DNA from: Craspedostauros australis
Lineage: Eukaryota
Assembly (NCBI GenBank): GCA_030167865.1
Contig: JALAGF010001161.1
Coordinates: 1 to 32,090, forward strand
Direction: 5' to 3'
DNA: 32,090 nucleotides
Shown here: positions 19,533-29,701 of the stretch, in pieces
Position numbering within the stretch: position 1 is the stretch's first letter
How the letters are laid out: each line of letters opens with the position of its first letter
Notes under the pieces: model-generated
Seen by the model: the letters and a program-made list of their open reading frames with translations, nothing else
Database searches by the model: none
What the model was told of the DNA's origin: nothing
Program-made: the position numbers and the translations under genes

Positions 19533-21142
19533 TTACTCGTCAGCCGTCTTGCCCCACTTTCCGAAGGTCATGCCGAATGGAGCCATGACGCAGATGGCAC
19601 CACCGACGATGTTCCCGAGCGTGACCGGGATGAGATTCTTCAGCAAGAACTGGGACATGGTGATCTTGGCGCCGCGCATGATTCCGAGTGGAATGATGAA
19701 CATGTTGGCGACGGAATGGTCCAGTCCGAGCGCGACGAAGGCAGAGATTGGGAACCACACGGCAGTCATCTTACCTGCCATGGAGGAGCATCCGGAGGCC
19801 ATGTAGACGGCCATGCAGACCAGCCAGTTGCACAGAATTCCACGCACGAAGGCGACGTCCCATGCGAGGGAGCACTTGGCGGTGGCGATGGCAGCGGCGG
19901 CAGGTCCAGAACCCAAGGTGCCGGACTTGAAGGCGAGGTAGGCAAGGATGAGGGATCCGACGAAGTTGCCCAGGTAGGAAGCGCCCCAGCTCTTCATCAA
20001 ACCGCCGAGGTCGGTCTTTCCTTCCTTGTAGGCGGCAGTAACAAGAGCCGTGTTTCCCGTGAACAGTTCTCCTCCGGTAATCAAGGTCATGATGAGACCG
20101 AATGGAAGTCCGAAGGCTCCGAGGATGATCTACATCGTCATGTGCAGCGCAGCGCATAGAGATGAGTCGATTTCGATATCATTGAACACCGTAATCATAG
20201 AATGCAATGGACCACGAGTACAATGGTGCATAGTGACAGAGCCGTCCGTTGGTGACATACAATCCGTTCATCCATCGTGCATCGTTTGCGTCATGTCAGT
20301 GTTGTTTGGGAAATCCGAGCCAGGCAATCGTTGTGCATCGTCAAAGGATCCAAAGTTTATGTATTCGTATGGGACGGGAGAATGTATTGCATCAATTTGG
20401 TGAGGAGACTGTATCATGTTCTGGCTCCACCCTGACGTGTCCTCAGTCCCCCTCCCTCTTTGTGTTCCTGTGCTGGAGACATGTCAACAACAGTAGCAGT
20501 AACAACAGCAGCAGTAGCAGCAGCAGGAAAAAACAACTGTCCAAATCAGTAACTCACCTTCTGCAGACCTGGGTTTTCAGCGGCAATACCGGGGCATGCA
20601 CCTCCGACGGTGATGGCGAGGTAGGCACCGAAACCGATGTGCGCGCCAGAAACGATACCGAGCTTGAAAATCTTTCCCCATGGAGAGCTGGCCTTGGCGG
20701 CACCTGCAGCTACCGCTCCTTGGTACAGGGCAGCAGGTGGCTACCATGTGGTGTGGGAGTATGATACAGACATGTGTGTCAGAGCGATGGGATGAAAGAG
20801 CAGAATTATGGTGAGCGAGCATATTGAGCAACTTGACGCATCCCACTTGTTGAACAATGCACATGCGCGAGCCTCTGTCATCATAGCATCTCATATATGA
20901 GCCATGCGCCCAGTCCCAAAACATAATGATGCAGAGAGCCATCACACTCCGTCACATGAACACTGTGCGAATAATGCAATCAATCTCACCTTGACCTCTG
21001 GCGGAGGTGGCGCAGCATCACCACCGGTCATCTTGAGAGCCGTTCTGGCTGGCTTGAAGAAGGTGGTAGTCTTGGACTGGTGCACAGCGAAAGCGCTGGA
21101 GCTCGCCAAGAGGCAGAACAGCAGGGAGAGTCGGGCCATCAT
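19533..21142 (-). CDS. NAR1: Plastid-targeted formate/nitrite transporter (FNT family, NAR1-like), 310 aa; exons 21142..20990, 20740..20558, 20129..19533
   Basis: Exon 1 encodes MMARLSLLFCLLASSSA-FAVHQSKTTTFFKPARTALKM... (signal plus transit peptide). Exon 2 encodes PPAALYQGAVAAGAAKA...LGIVSGAHIGFG...NPGLQK. Exon 3 encodes IILGAFGLPFGLIMTLITGGELFTGN, RGILCNWLVCMAV, FVALGLDHSVANMF and NLIPVTLGNIVGG, which are classic FNT signatures. Both introns are GT-AG, phase 0. Confidence 0.93.
20130..20557 (-). other. NAR1-like intron 2, 428 bp, phase 0
   Basis: Donor AAG|GTGAGT at 20557 and acceptor TAG|ATC at 20130. It joins GLQK to IILGAFGLP. Confidence 0.9.
20741..20989 (-). other. NAR1-like intron 1, 249 bp, phase 0
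   Basis: Donor AAG|GTGAGA at 20989 and acceptor TAG|CCA at 20741. It joins PEVK to PPAALY. Confidence 0.88.
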
Positions 21143-21653
21143 GATATAGTGGGAATCTGGTCGTTGCCAAAGAGGGTCGTCTGCTGGTGTTGTCGGCAGG
21201 CGTTGCGCCATAGAAGATAGCAGAGGTTTGGTATTCAATCATAGAGGAGGGATATGTGAGAATGTATTGACCCGATGGTGCATTGCGTTGATTGCGTTGA
21301 TTGCATGCGAAGAATGTGAGTCATCGATGATGATGCCGACGCAAGAGTACTTGTATCTTTGGCGTCATGCCCCAACCAACATCCGGACTCCATCGCAGAG
21401 AGAGCGCACCAGAGACATGGCGCACGCGCAGATCTGCTCATCCTCGCATCGGCTCTTGGCGAGTGCCCAACGACTGATCACGATGATAGAGCCATCAACC
21501 GACAAGTAGACAACCCAAGCCACATTCATCGCATTCATTGCGTTCATCGCATCATCGTATTCCATTGTTCCTTCCACGGGATGCTCACATGAAGAGCTCA
21601 CCTTTCTTGTTTGTGGCAGTCGGCAGTTGGTTCTGCTTGTGGGATTTGTTCTA

Positions 21654-21692
21654 TCGTCGTCGTCGTCGTCGTCGTTGTTGTTGTTGTTGTTC
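21654..21692. repeat. Compound (TCG)n(TTG)n microsatellite
   Basis: tcgtcgtcgtcgtcgtcgtcgttgttgttgttgttgtt, read directly. Confidence 0.85.
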
Positions 21693-22570
21693 TTACTCTC
21701 TTGCCGATCCTTTTGCCGGATAGATCGTGCTCGTGCTCTGTGGCTGTTGGCAGGAGATGGAGTTCGAGCATCGGCACTACGGCCGCCATGCGCACGACAT
21801 GTGCCCAACCCATCACCGCTTCGCAAAAGATACGCAGAAGTTGACAACAAATCGGACCGAACCTGATGAGAAAAGATACGACAGCACACAAAGTACGAGA
21901 AGTTATCAATGAGCCCGTAGGCACGCATCTGATTGGACCATTCACGTTTCAACAATGACAACGGCGTTCGGTTGGTCATTATTTTTGTTGTTGTTTTAGT
22001 CGCATGGATCATACAATCCGGCTTCGCTGTTCGAAGATAGACCCACACAGGTCTTCGCTACAATCACCAATGTGAGGATCTTCGTCGTCATTGCACGGAA
22101 CTACTTGTTCATTTGACGATGAATTGAGTTGGGTTGCTTCTGATGGATCAGATCTGAAGGTCACAACATCCTGGATCAAAATCGGTGCTCTAAAGCACCT
22201 CGCTAAAGTATGCTCTGGAAGCAGAATCAGAGAAACGTACCGAAACACTGCCAGGGTGAACTTGATCTTGGCACCGAGCGAAGTTGATAGTTGCTTGTAT
22301 GCATCAATCAATGAATCAAATTGGTGACGACGGCGTTCGAAGATAGACATTCGCTGGGGTTAGAAATGGATTGGTCTACAACCGAAATCCTTGTAGTCAG
22401 GGGAGTCGTCAACTGATCAGCTCGACCATACTTGGCCGTTGTTTGCCGTTGGAAATTGAAAGCGCCAGGCGCGCGGTAAATGCTCAACGACAGCAACGGG
22501 CACCTCCCGACGGTTCTTGTTGTGGCACCTCGATTGATGTGGGTTCGGACAAGAAGACACCATCTCTGGT

Positions 22571-22605
22571 CATTGCCCATTGCCCATTGCCCATTACCCA
22601 TTGCC
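22571..22605. repeat. 7-bp tandem repeat (CATTGCC) x5
   Basis: cattgcc cattgcc cattgcc cattacc cattgcc. Confidence 0.85.
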
Positions 22606-22697
22606 TGCCCATGCCCAAGGAATAAAGTTACAGATACCCATTGCAAGTGTTACCCGTTCCATGCATGCAAGTACTTGCACAGACGGGTGCAATCACC

Positions 22698-22731
<34 letters not shown>
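22698..22731. repeat. (AG)n microsatellite
   Basis: Long AG dinucleotide run with one interruption, ~220 bp upstream of the ATG at 22948. Confidence 0.9.
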
Positions 22732-22947
22732 CACTAGCATCCTTCCACTGCTGATGGAACAGATCCCTGGCAAAGTCAGGAGCGAGACATCACTGAGACG
22801 AACACCGTTTGAGCCCAACGACGGGATTGCTGTCACTGGAGCATCAGCCAGAATCGTCGGACAGAACAGTTGGATGGAACCGCTGGGCAGAATCGTCGGA
22901 CAGGAGAGCTTGAGCAGAACCATCATACTCATAGTCATAGTTGGAAG

Positions 22948-25806
22948 ATGAAGGTTGAGCCAGCGCAGGTGACGCAGCAGAGCCAGGTGGAGGACGTCGC
23001 CGAGCAAAGGGGGCCGAAGCATCACGTGGAGCATCGTCAGCTCGCCAGCCACTTCCAACCCCTGAACGATGATTCGGATGATGATAGCCTCGACTTCCTC
23101 ATGACGCCCATCTTCACTCCGCAGCCTTCCAAGCGACAGCGCAGATCGTCAGTAGCATCTCCTTCTTCCTTGTTCTCAAAGGCTGCCGCTCCATCCCTTC
23201 CACCTTCCTCTGTTAACAGGAGGAGCTCAGCAGGACCATCGTCGCGAAGGAAAGGCAACCTGACGACGCCCGCTGCAACACCTTCACAGAGACGCAGGGT
23301 CACTGCCAGCAGAACGATGAACGGGAGGAAGTCTGCAGCTCTGGCATCCACGCCCTCTTCCACGACAGTCCTCACGCAAGAGCAGCGGGAAGAACGGGCC
23401 TTGCAACGGGTGGCGGGACTTTCGTTGCATCTGGTGGATGGCGTGGAAGGCATCCAGGATTTGGCGTGGTGCAAACTCAAGAACATGCATTATCCAGTTC
23501 GGCGCAACGTGCCCGCAGATGATGTCATTGGGTTGGATATCGGTCCCAAGAGCAGCCAGGATGAGTCCGATGAGTCTGACGACGATAGCGATGACGCCGA
23601 GAATAATGCCAACGACAGCAACGACGACAACAGCGATGACAACAAAACCAATACCACCACCACCAACAACAACAACAGCAATGACACCGCAGGTATGACC
23701 AAACGGCAGCAGCAGCTCCATCTCCTCTCGCAAGTCACAGATCAAGCCGAAGACGACAGACCGACGTTAGACCAAGAATCGCTGCCTGAACCCAAACCGG
23801 CAACACCCCGTGCCAAGATCAAATTCGAGTACATCCGACATCTGGGTCACTCTTACAAGCACGCCGGCGAATATGGCTACGTACGAGAGGCACAGCTCGA
23901 ACCGATCGACACCGATCTCGACAACCGGCTTGCTAAGTACGAAAGACACCTCACCAGGAACTGCGCTGCCGTGTTCTCGCCCAAGTCGGTCAACTTGATG
24001 GTCGAGATCATGGTCATTCGTGCCATGATCGACAAGGCACAAGGGAAAGTGAGGGACACTACCTCAGCAGCGAAAAGAAGAACGACATCAACGTCAACGT
24101 CAACTTCATCAGCACCAGGAGCAGCGGAAGAAGGAAGCCTCAAGATTCAGAGGTCGGTATCACCTGGGCTTCCATATGTTGGCTTCCAAACGCCACCTCG
24201 AAAGCCGGCGGGCGCGGCAGGACTGCCGAATTCTCGCAACTCGAGCGCCAAGCGCAAGCGGAGTGACATGGAACGTCACGATTCAAACCACGTCGTCGAC
24301 AATGATAACGATATCGATGCCAGCGACGACGACGTTGGCGACGACGACATCAACAGTGTGGAAAGCTGCGACGTTGACGGGCACACGATGCACTCACCCG
24401 ATAGGCACCACAAGACAGAACGGTTGAGGCCTGGCGATATCATCGAGTACTACGATCCGTCCAGCGTGTTCGGTGCGGCCCATGCATTCCGCCAAACCAC
24501 CATCCTGGGAGTCCGCGGGCGTGAAAAACTCTGTTTGGTGCTGGAGAATGGCGACGTTCTGCCCCGGGAACATCTCATCCGACGCACCCACATGCTGGAA
24601 CGCGGCAAGCTGATTGCCTGTGATGGCGCTACTCAACTGGCCGGCAAGCAGCCGGAGCCTCGCCGACAGAGCGCACGGCAACGGGCAATGCAGGTCTCCC
24701 AAGATCCTCCAGACACGCCGCAACAGTCCTTCTTCCAGGCGATCAATTCTTTCATCTTGACATCGGCCGGTGCCACCGAGTTGAGCGCAGGGATGCAAAC
24801 CATGATCGACAAGGCGCGCCAAGCGCAACAGGCGATGAAAGATGATGTGAAAACGGCCCTGTGCCAAATGCACGGTGCGAATCCAAACCAAGGAGGATCG
24901 GCATCAGTGGCAGTGCCAGCAGAGAGTGACAGAAAGCAACCTGCGTCAAAAGCAGAGATGGAGCATGCGCAGTTGAGAAAGGTGAAAAGGTGTTACAAGA
25001 AACAATTGAAGGCGGCGATCAGCAACGTGCGCCATTGTCAATCCACCAAACGCCGTTTCGTCCCCCACATGACTGTCTCGCGACTGGATATGGCCATCGT
25101 GGTCTGCAACGTCATGCCATCACTGGAGGAATTAGGCGAGGCGACAGACATTGCGACGACGGAGCTGGATTACTTCTTGCGCGGCGATCCGAAGAAGATG
25201 ATCTCCCAGCGATTTCTGCAGGATATCGAGGAAAAGTTGGATCGCTGGCTGACAGTCAATGGTCACAAGAAAGATGATGGCAGCGATGACGATGAAGAGG
25301 ACGGCAGCAACGATGCTGGCGACAACGATGACGACAAGACGAACGTTTCGGCACACGCCACAGACGCATCGACGGTCGAGGCCACCGGCAACTTATTCAT
25401 GACGCCGTCACGCAAGGCAGGGTACAGCGCTCTTGCGATCACACCCACCATGAGACGCACGCCACGGCGCACAGCCCGGACCGACCCAAGGAGAGCACAC
25501 AAGCGGGCCCGAAGGTCCAGCCAGACCAATCCTAAAACGAAACCACGCGGCCGACCCTCCGCCGGTGCGGATTTTCTCTCCGTACCGAGACCGCCGCTGG
25601 CATCCACGGGAAATTTCAGCACGCCAGTGATGAGCAAACGCAAGCGACGTCCCAGCACGATTACACGAAGCCGATCCCAGGAAGCTCAGCATGACGACGG
25701 CGGTGGCAACAACCGCAGCGATATGCGAGACGAGGGTCAGACGATGGAACAAGATGCCGACACCGCAACCCGAGCCAAACGCCGCCGAAGCAGCAAGATT
25801 CGGTAG
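22948..25806 (+). CDS. Large hypothetical, probably nuclear protein (~952 aa) with PWWP/Tudor-like, beta-barrel, HTH-like and AT-hook-like segments
   Basis: ORF 22870..25806 with the first ATG at 22948 (MKVEPAQ). Globular islands sit among acidic and Ser/Arg-rich disordered tracts. Basic NLS-like motifs are KRQRRS, KRKRS, KRKRRP and KRRRSSK, and KPRGRP is AT-hook-like. The CDS is secure; the domain calls are inference. Confidence 0.85.
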   Translation: MKVEPAQVTQQSQVEDVAEQRGPKHHVEHRQLASHFQPLNDDSDDDSLDFLMTPIFTPQPSKRQRRSSVASPSSLFSKAAAPSLPPSSVNRRSSAGPSSRRKGNLTTPAATPSQRRRVTASRTMNGRKSAALASTPSSTTVLTQEQREERALQRVAGLSLHLVDGVEGIQDLAWCKLKNMHYPVRRNVPADDVIGLDIGPKSSQDESDESDDDSDDAENNANDSNDDNSDDNKTNTTTTNNNNSNDTAGMTKRQQQLHLLSQVTDQAEDDRPTLDQESLPEPKPATPRAKIKFEYIRHLGHSYKHAGEYGYVREAQLEPIDTDLDNRLAKYERHLTRNCAAVFSPKSVNLMVEIMVIRAMIDKAQGKVRDTTSAAKRRTTSTSTSTSSAPGAAEEGSLKIQRSVSPGLPYVGFQTPPRKPAGAAGLPNSRNSSAKRKRSDMERHDSNHVVDNDNDIDASDDDVGDDDINSVESCDVDGHTMHSPDRHHKTERLRPGDIIEYYDPSSVFGAAHAFRQTTILGVRGREKLCLVLENGDVLPREHLIRRTHMLERGKLIACDGATQLAGKQPEPRRQSARQRAMQVSQDPPDTPQQSFFQAINSFILTSAGATELSAGMQTMIDKARQAQQAMKDDVKTALCQMHGANPNQGGSASVAVPAESDRKQPASKAEMEHAQLRKVKRCYKKQLKAAISNVRHCQSTKRRFVPHMTVSRLDMAIVVCNVMPSLEELGEATDIATTELDYFLRGDPKKMISQRFLQDIEEKLDRWLTVNGHKKDDGSDDDEEDGSNDAGDNDDDKTNVSAHATDASTVEATGNLFMTPSRKAGYSALAITPTMRRTPRRTARTDPRRAHKRARRSSQTNPKTKPRGRPSAGADFLSVPRPPLASTGNFSTPVMSKRKRRPSTITRSRSQEAQHDDGGGNNRSDMRDEGQTMEQDADTATRAKRRRSSKIR

Positions 25807-28800
25807 ACAGCCATCGATGAAGATTGCCCCACTCTACGATTACTGGTATACAAAGTGTGCTCGGAGAGCAGAAGAGCAGTTTATGGGGTTATTATAGAGA
25901 ACAACACGAGCTACTTCTCGACAAGTGCACCGATGCTCGCAGAAATGAGGTTGGATTGCAGATTCGGCGATCGTTGAAGTTGAATTGAAGTGTGTTGCTG
26001 CTCTCCCTCTCTCCAACCACGAGTACGACTGCGAGTGCCTACAAATACAACCCTCCATCAGCAAAGGTACAGGCATTGCCACTTGCTCACCGCATTGAGT
26101 AGACAAAGCGTACGAGTACGACCTATTGTCACGGTCAGAGTTGGTGATGCTGGTTGAGGTCCAGCGTTGTTCTGCGTTTCGACATTGCCTCCACCCGTCG
26201 CCACGGATCACGTTGCCGCATTCTGTGGATGGATCAGAACCACGCTCTTGGGTTGTGACCGGTGGCGCTTCGACATGTTCTTTCTTTGGTCCACCTCCTT
26301 CGTGCGTACGACTACAGGCAAACAAGCGAGTACACTCACGCTGGTATGGCAGAGTCGTGCGTATAGCACACTACGTGGTATAACATCATCGTGGCGGAAT
26401 GAATGACCTTCACGAGAATGAGAGGCTGCATTGTCGCTGGTGATGGATCAATTGATCGAGTATGTATCTGCTGCGGTACGTATGCACGGGGAGAGAGTGG
26501 GAGAAACAAGACAAAATGTGAGAGGAGCTTGGAGGTGCCATTCCTCGTTTGGCCCGTTCTTCTCTTCTCTCCACAGGCATTGACGCTTCTCTGCCTACCC
26601 ATCTTCTTCTTCTTCTTCTCGCCATGGGCACTTCTCGTCACGCATGCGATGAGGGAAGAGCTCTTCTCTCCGCGAGGCGAGATGTGTTCTGGCTTGTCAT
26701 TGCGCATGCTGGAGTTGTTGGGAAGAAGGGCGAACCTACGGTCTTTCTGCGACGAGGATACAATTAGTCTGTGTTGCTCTTTCATGGGGGACATCATTGA
26801 TGGAACCTTGGTTGGTGAAGAATGGCTCGGCTGCGAGAACTGGTAGCGTGATGGTTGGGAAAGGGTGATCCATTGACAAGTAGAACCTCGCACGGAATTT
26901 CGGTGCACAGGTACCAGATATGACTTCTCTCAATGTGTTTCACCTTCCTCGTACATTTAGTCTCCGATGCTGCATGCATGCGAGCGGTATCTACATTCGC
27001 GTTTATTGGATTTTTGGATCACCTGTTCACAAGGCAATGCCACGGTGCCAGCTTTGGGTTGAAATGATCCCTCTTCGCTTTCTCACATGTTGCCGGTTCA
27101 AAAGCCGGGAATGGGTGGAAGATGTTGTTGGCGCATTCTATCATTCACAGGTCCGGCAACGTCAGCACGCTCGAGGGAACCAGAACGGAGCGCGATACCT
27201 GTGCTGTATAGTACGAGGTGAAAAGACGATGCCGATCATGGCCGCAGAGCATCTGCGACTGCGGAGATGGGAGGAGCGAACCCTTGAGCGACGATGACAC
27301 TGATACTATTGTGCAAGCAGGGGGGCCGCAACAGCTTGGGCAACCGCGGTTCAAACGCCTCGCTGCGACCATGCAACCATACTCCTGCGTACTGTGTGTG
27401 TGGCATGTTGAGCCAATTCCCGACTGTGTAACCGCGATTGGAGTGGGCCAAGATGCCGCTTCCCTCTACGGAGAGAGAGAGAGAGAGAAGGGCAAATGCC
27501 TGCAGATAATAGTACCAGCAACATGTCGCTCTCGTCTCTCCGAAGAGATCTTTGGAGATGTAATACGAGCCACGGTAGGAATCTCGATTGAGGCCATCTC
27601 CATCTCTCTGCGAATGCGCGTCGGCCATCGGGAATGGAAATTTGATGAGGAAACTGCCGATACGGCCACGCACACTCGTGTACGTTACTGGGTTGGTTGT
27701 GTTTGTTCATGACGATGGAATCGTACCAACAAACAGACAGCCAAGATCAGTTTCCGCAAGAGAACTGACACCAGCAGCTGTTAACCTGCGCAGGATTGTC
27801 ACCAGGAACGTTTCAGACAGAGAGGAATCTGCAACTGGTTTCACCTTCAACGAATGTAACGGCACATGAGGTCATATTCGCGTTCTCTTCCACAGAACAC
27901 ACAGACTACACAGAACATTTCTTGAATCGTCGAACATCAACCAGAGACACTGTCCATCCCACGTCATTCCCCACCTCCACGTCGCAAGGTTCATCAACTT
28001 CTCCAGCCTCATGTGGGTAGGGTTTCGGTGTGGCCCAGTTGCGAGTACTTCACGAGCTACGGGAGTGCAGTTACGCACCTCCGTACACGCAAGAATGTAC
28101 AGCGCTAGCAGGGGAGGACCTGTTGGATGAAGAAGTTTCCTCTTGGCAGGGATCGAGATGATGGCCACGAAGATGATGGCCACTTCCAATGCGAGGTACG
28201 AGAGATGCGCTGTGATGCAGTCTTGTTCGAGGGACCAGAATGTGAGACAGACGCCTGCGCTCTGTTTGGTTTTGCATCCCCCATGTTGCATCTGTGATAC
28301 CATTGCTACATTGAATTCAACAACGAAGTCATCATTTTGTTAGAAAGGGGAGAAAACAGACACAGGATTAATGTCAATGTTGTTGTGGCACCAACGTCCA
28401 ACCCATGTAACACGGACAGGCGCTGTGGTGCAAACCGAACTTTCTTGGGGGAGGCAACAATGTCCTGATAGTTTAGACGCTTGTGACAGCTTTGATATTT
28501 TTCCAGCAAGGCAAAACTGCACGACCGCGTACAAAGCAAATAGCGCAACGAGCAATCGTTTCTCAGAGCAACCGTGACTATCCACGAGCGCGATGCTCCG
28601 ATCGTTGTTGTTTTCGTGGTGGCCGTTGCCGTTTTCGCTGCTGCTCCGAATGCGCGAGGACGGACGGCTTATGAGCACGTACGGCGCATGAGTACGAGCT
28701 CCGCAGATGCCCTGCTTCACTCTGAGAAGCCGCGACACAAACCCAACAGAAAGCGGAGACACAGGCCCGAAACAAACTCTGAGACAGACCGCGGCACGGC

Positions 28801-28964
28801 ACAACACGACACAATCTGGTTCTGCGCCAAGAATGGTATCGCAACTCGTCACGTTCCATCACACAATCTCACAAATCAAGACTCCCAACACATTCCCAAT
28901 CTGAGCACACAAAATTCAATTGCTCCCAACTCAAGCCACCCCAACACAAAACACAAAACACATA

Positions 28965-29040
28965 CACATCACATCACATCACATCACATCACATCACATC
29001 ACAGCACAACACAACACAACACAACACAACAAAACAAAAC
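28965..29040 (+). repeat. Graded pentanucleotide microsatellite (CACAT)n-(CACAA)n-(CAAAA)n abutting the U-box start codon
   Basis: The run acatcacatc...acaacacaac...aaaacaaaac ends 7 bp before the ATG at 29048. Confidence 0.9.
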
Positions 29041-29047
29041 AATCAAG

Positions 29048-29701
29048 ATGGCGACCACTTGCGACGACGGAAACAGCATCGCCACCCACACCACCCACGG
29101 CACAGCCGACGACGACAGCCAACATGCTGGATCTTCCTCGTCCTCATGCTGCAGCATCAGCAGCAGCACCGACATGTCCCTTTCCATCCCAGAGACCTTC
29201 ATCTGTCCGCTCACCTTGGACGTCATGACGGAGCCAGTCATGGACAGGCTGGGCAACGTGTACGAGAAGTCTGCCATCTTGGAATGGGTGTGCGAACATG
29301 GCACTTGCCCGATGACGCGCAAGCCGATGGGACCGCGCAACATCTGCTCCCACGGCAACCTGCGACGTGAAATCGAGATCTGGAAGGAACATCATGACTA
29401 CGATGCCAACATCGAGCTCTTCCAACCGACGGCCTGCCGTTCGGACGCCAAACCATTGGCACAGCAAGAACGTGCAGCGTACGAATGCATGGCATTTCTA
29501 GAACGCGATGGCAACAGCAGCAGCGACGTTGGCAGCAGCAGCGAAGAAGAAAGCGAATCAAGTTTCTCCAAGGAGCGCATTGAGCAAGAGCGCATGGCAG
29601 CGCAGAAGACCATCCGCAAGTACAGGCAGGGACGGGCATTCCGATTCATGATGGGCAGGAAGAACGCATCCAAGAAGACGGCAGTGCCAAACAGCCAATA
29701 G
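29048..29701 (+). CDS. U-box domain protein (putative E3 ubiquitin ligase), 217 aa
   Basis: IPETFICPLTLDVMTEPVMDRLGNVYEKSAILEWVCEHGTCPMTRKPM...NLRREIEIW is a canonical U-box. The ATG at 29048 follows the C/A leader. The upstream part of ORF 28574.. is translated leader and microsatellite. Confidence 0.93.
   Translation: MATTCDDGNSIATHTTHGTADDDSQHAGSSSSSCCSISSSTDMSLSIPETFICPLTLDVMTEPVMDRLGNVYEKSAILEWVCEHGTCPMTRKPMGPRNICSHGNLRREIEIWKEHHDYDANIELFQPTACRSDAKPLAQQERAAYECMAFLERDGNSSSDVGSSSEEESESSFSKERIEQERMAAQKTIRKYRQGRAFRFMMGRKNASKKTAVPNSQ

Noticed and set aside
21880..22350. Possible decayed gene fragment (MSIFERRRHQFDSLIDAYKQL..., 22009..22350 minus)
   Set aside because: Short, with no recognisable family, so a pseudogene or TE call cannot be supported without BLASTX.
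25840..28570. Gene-free gap with many 60-190 aa ORFs; considered as a TE remnant
   Set aside because: No RT, integrase or transposase motifs, LTRs or terminal inverted repeats seen.
28574..29047. N-terminal 158 aa of the 375-aa U-box ORF
   Set aside because: GTG start, and it translates microsatellite leader (HHITS/TTQHN repeats). The ATG at 29048 is preferred.
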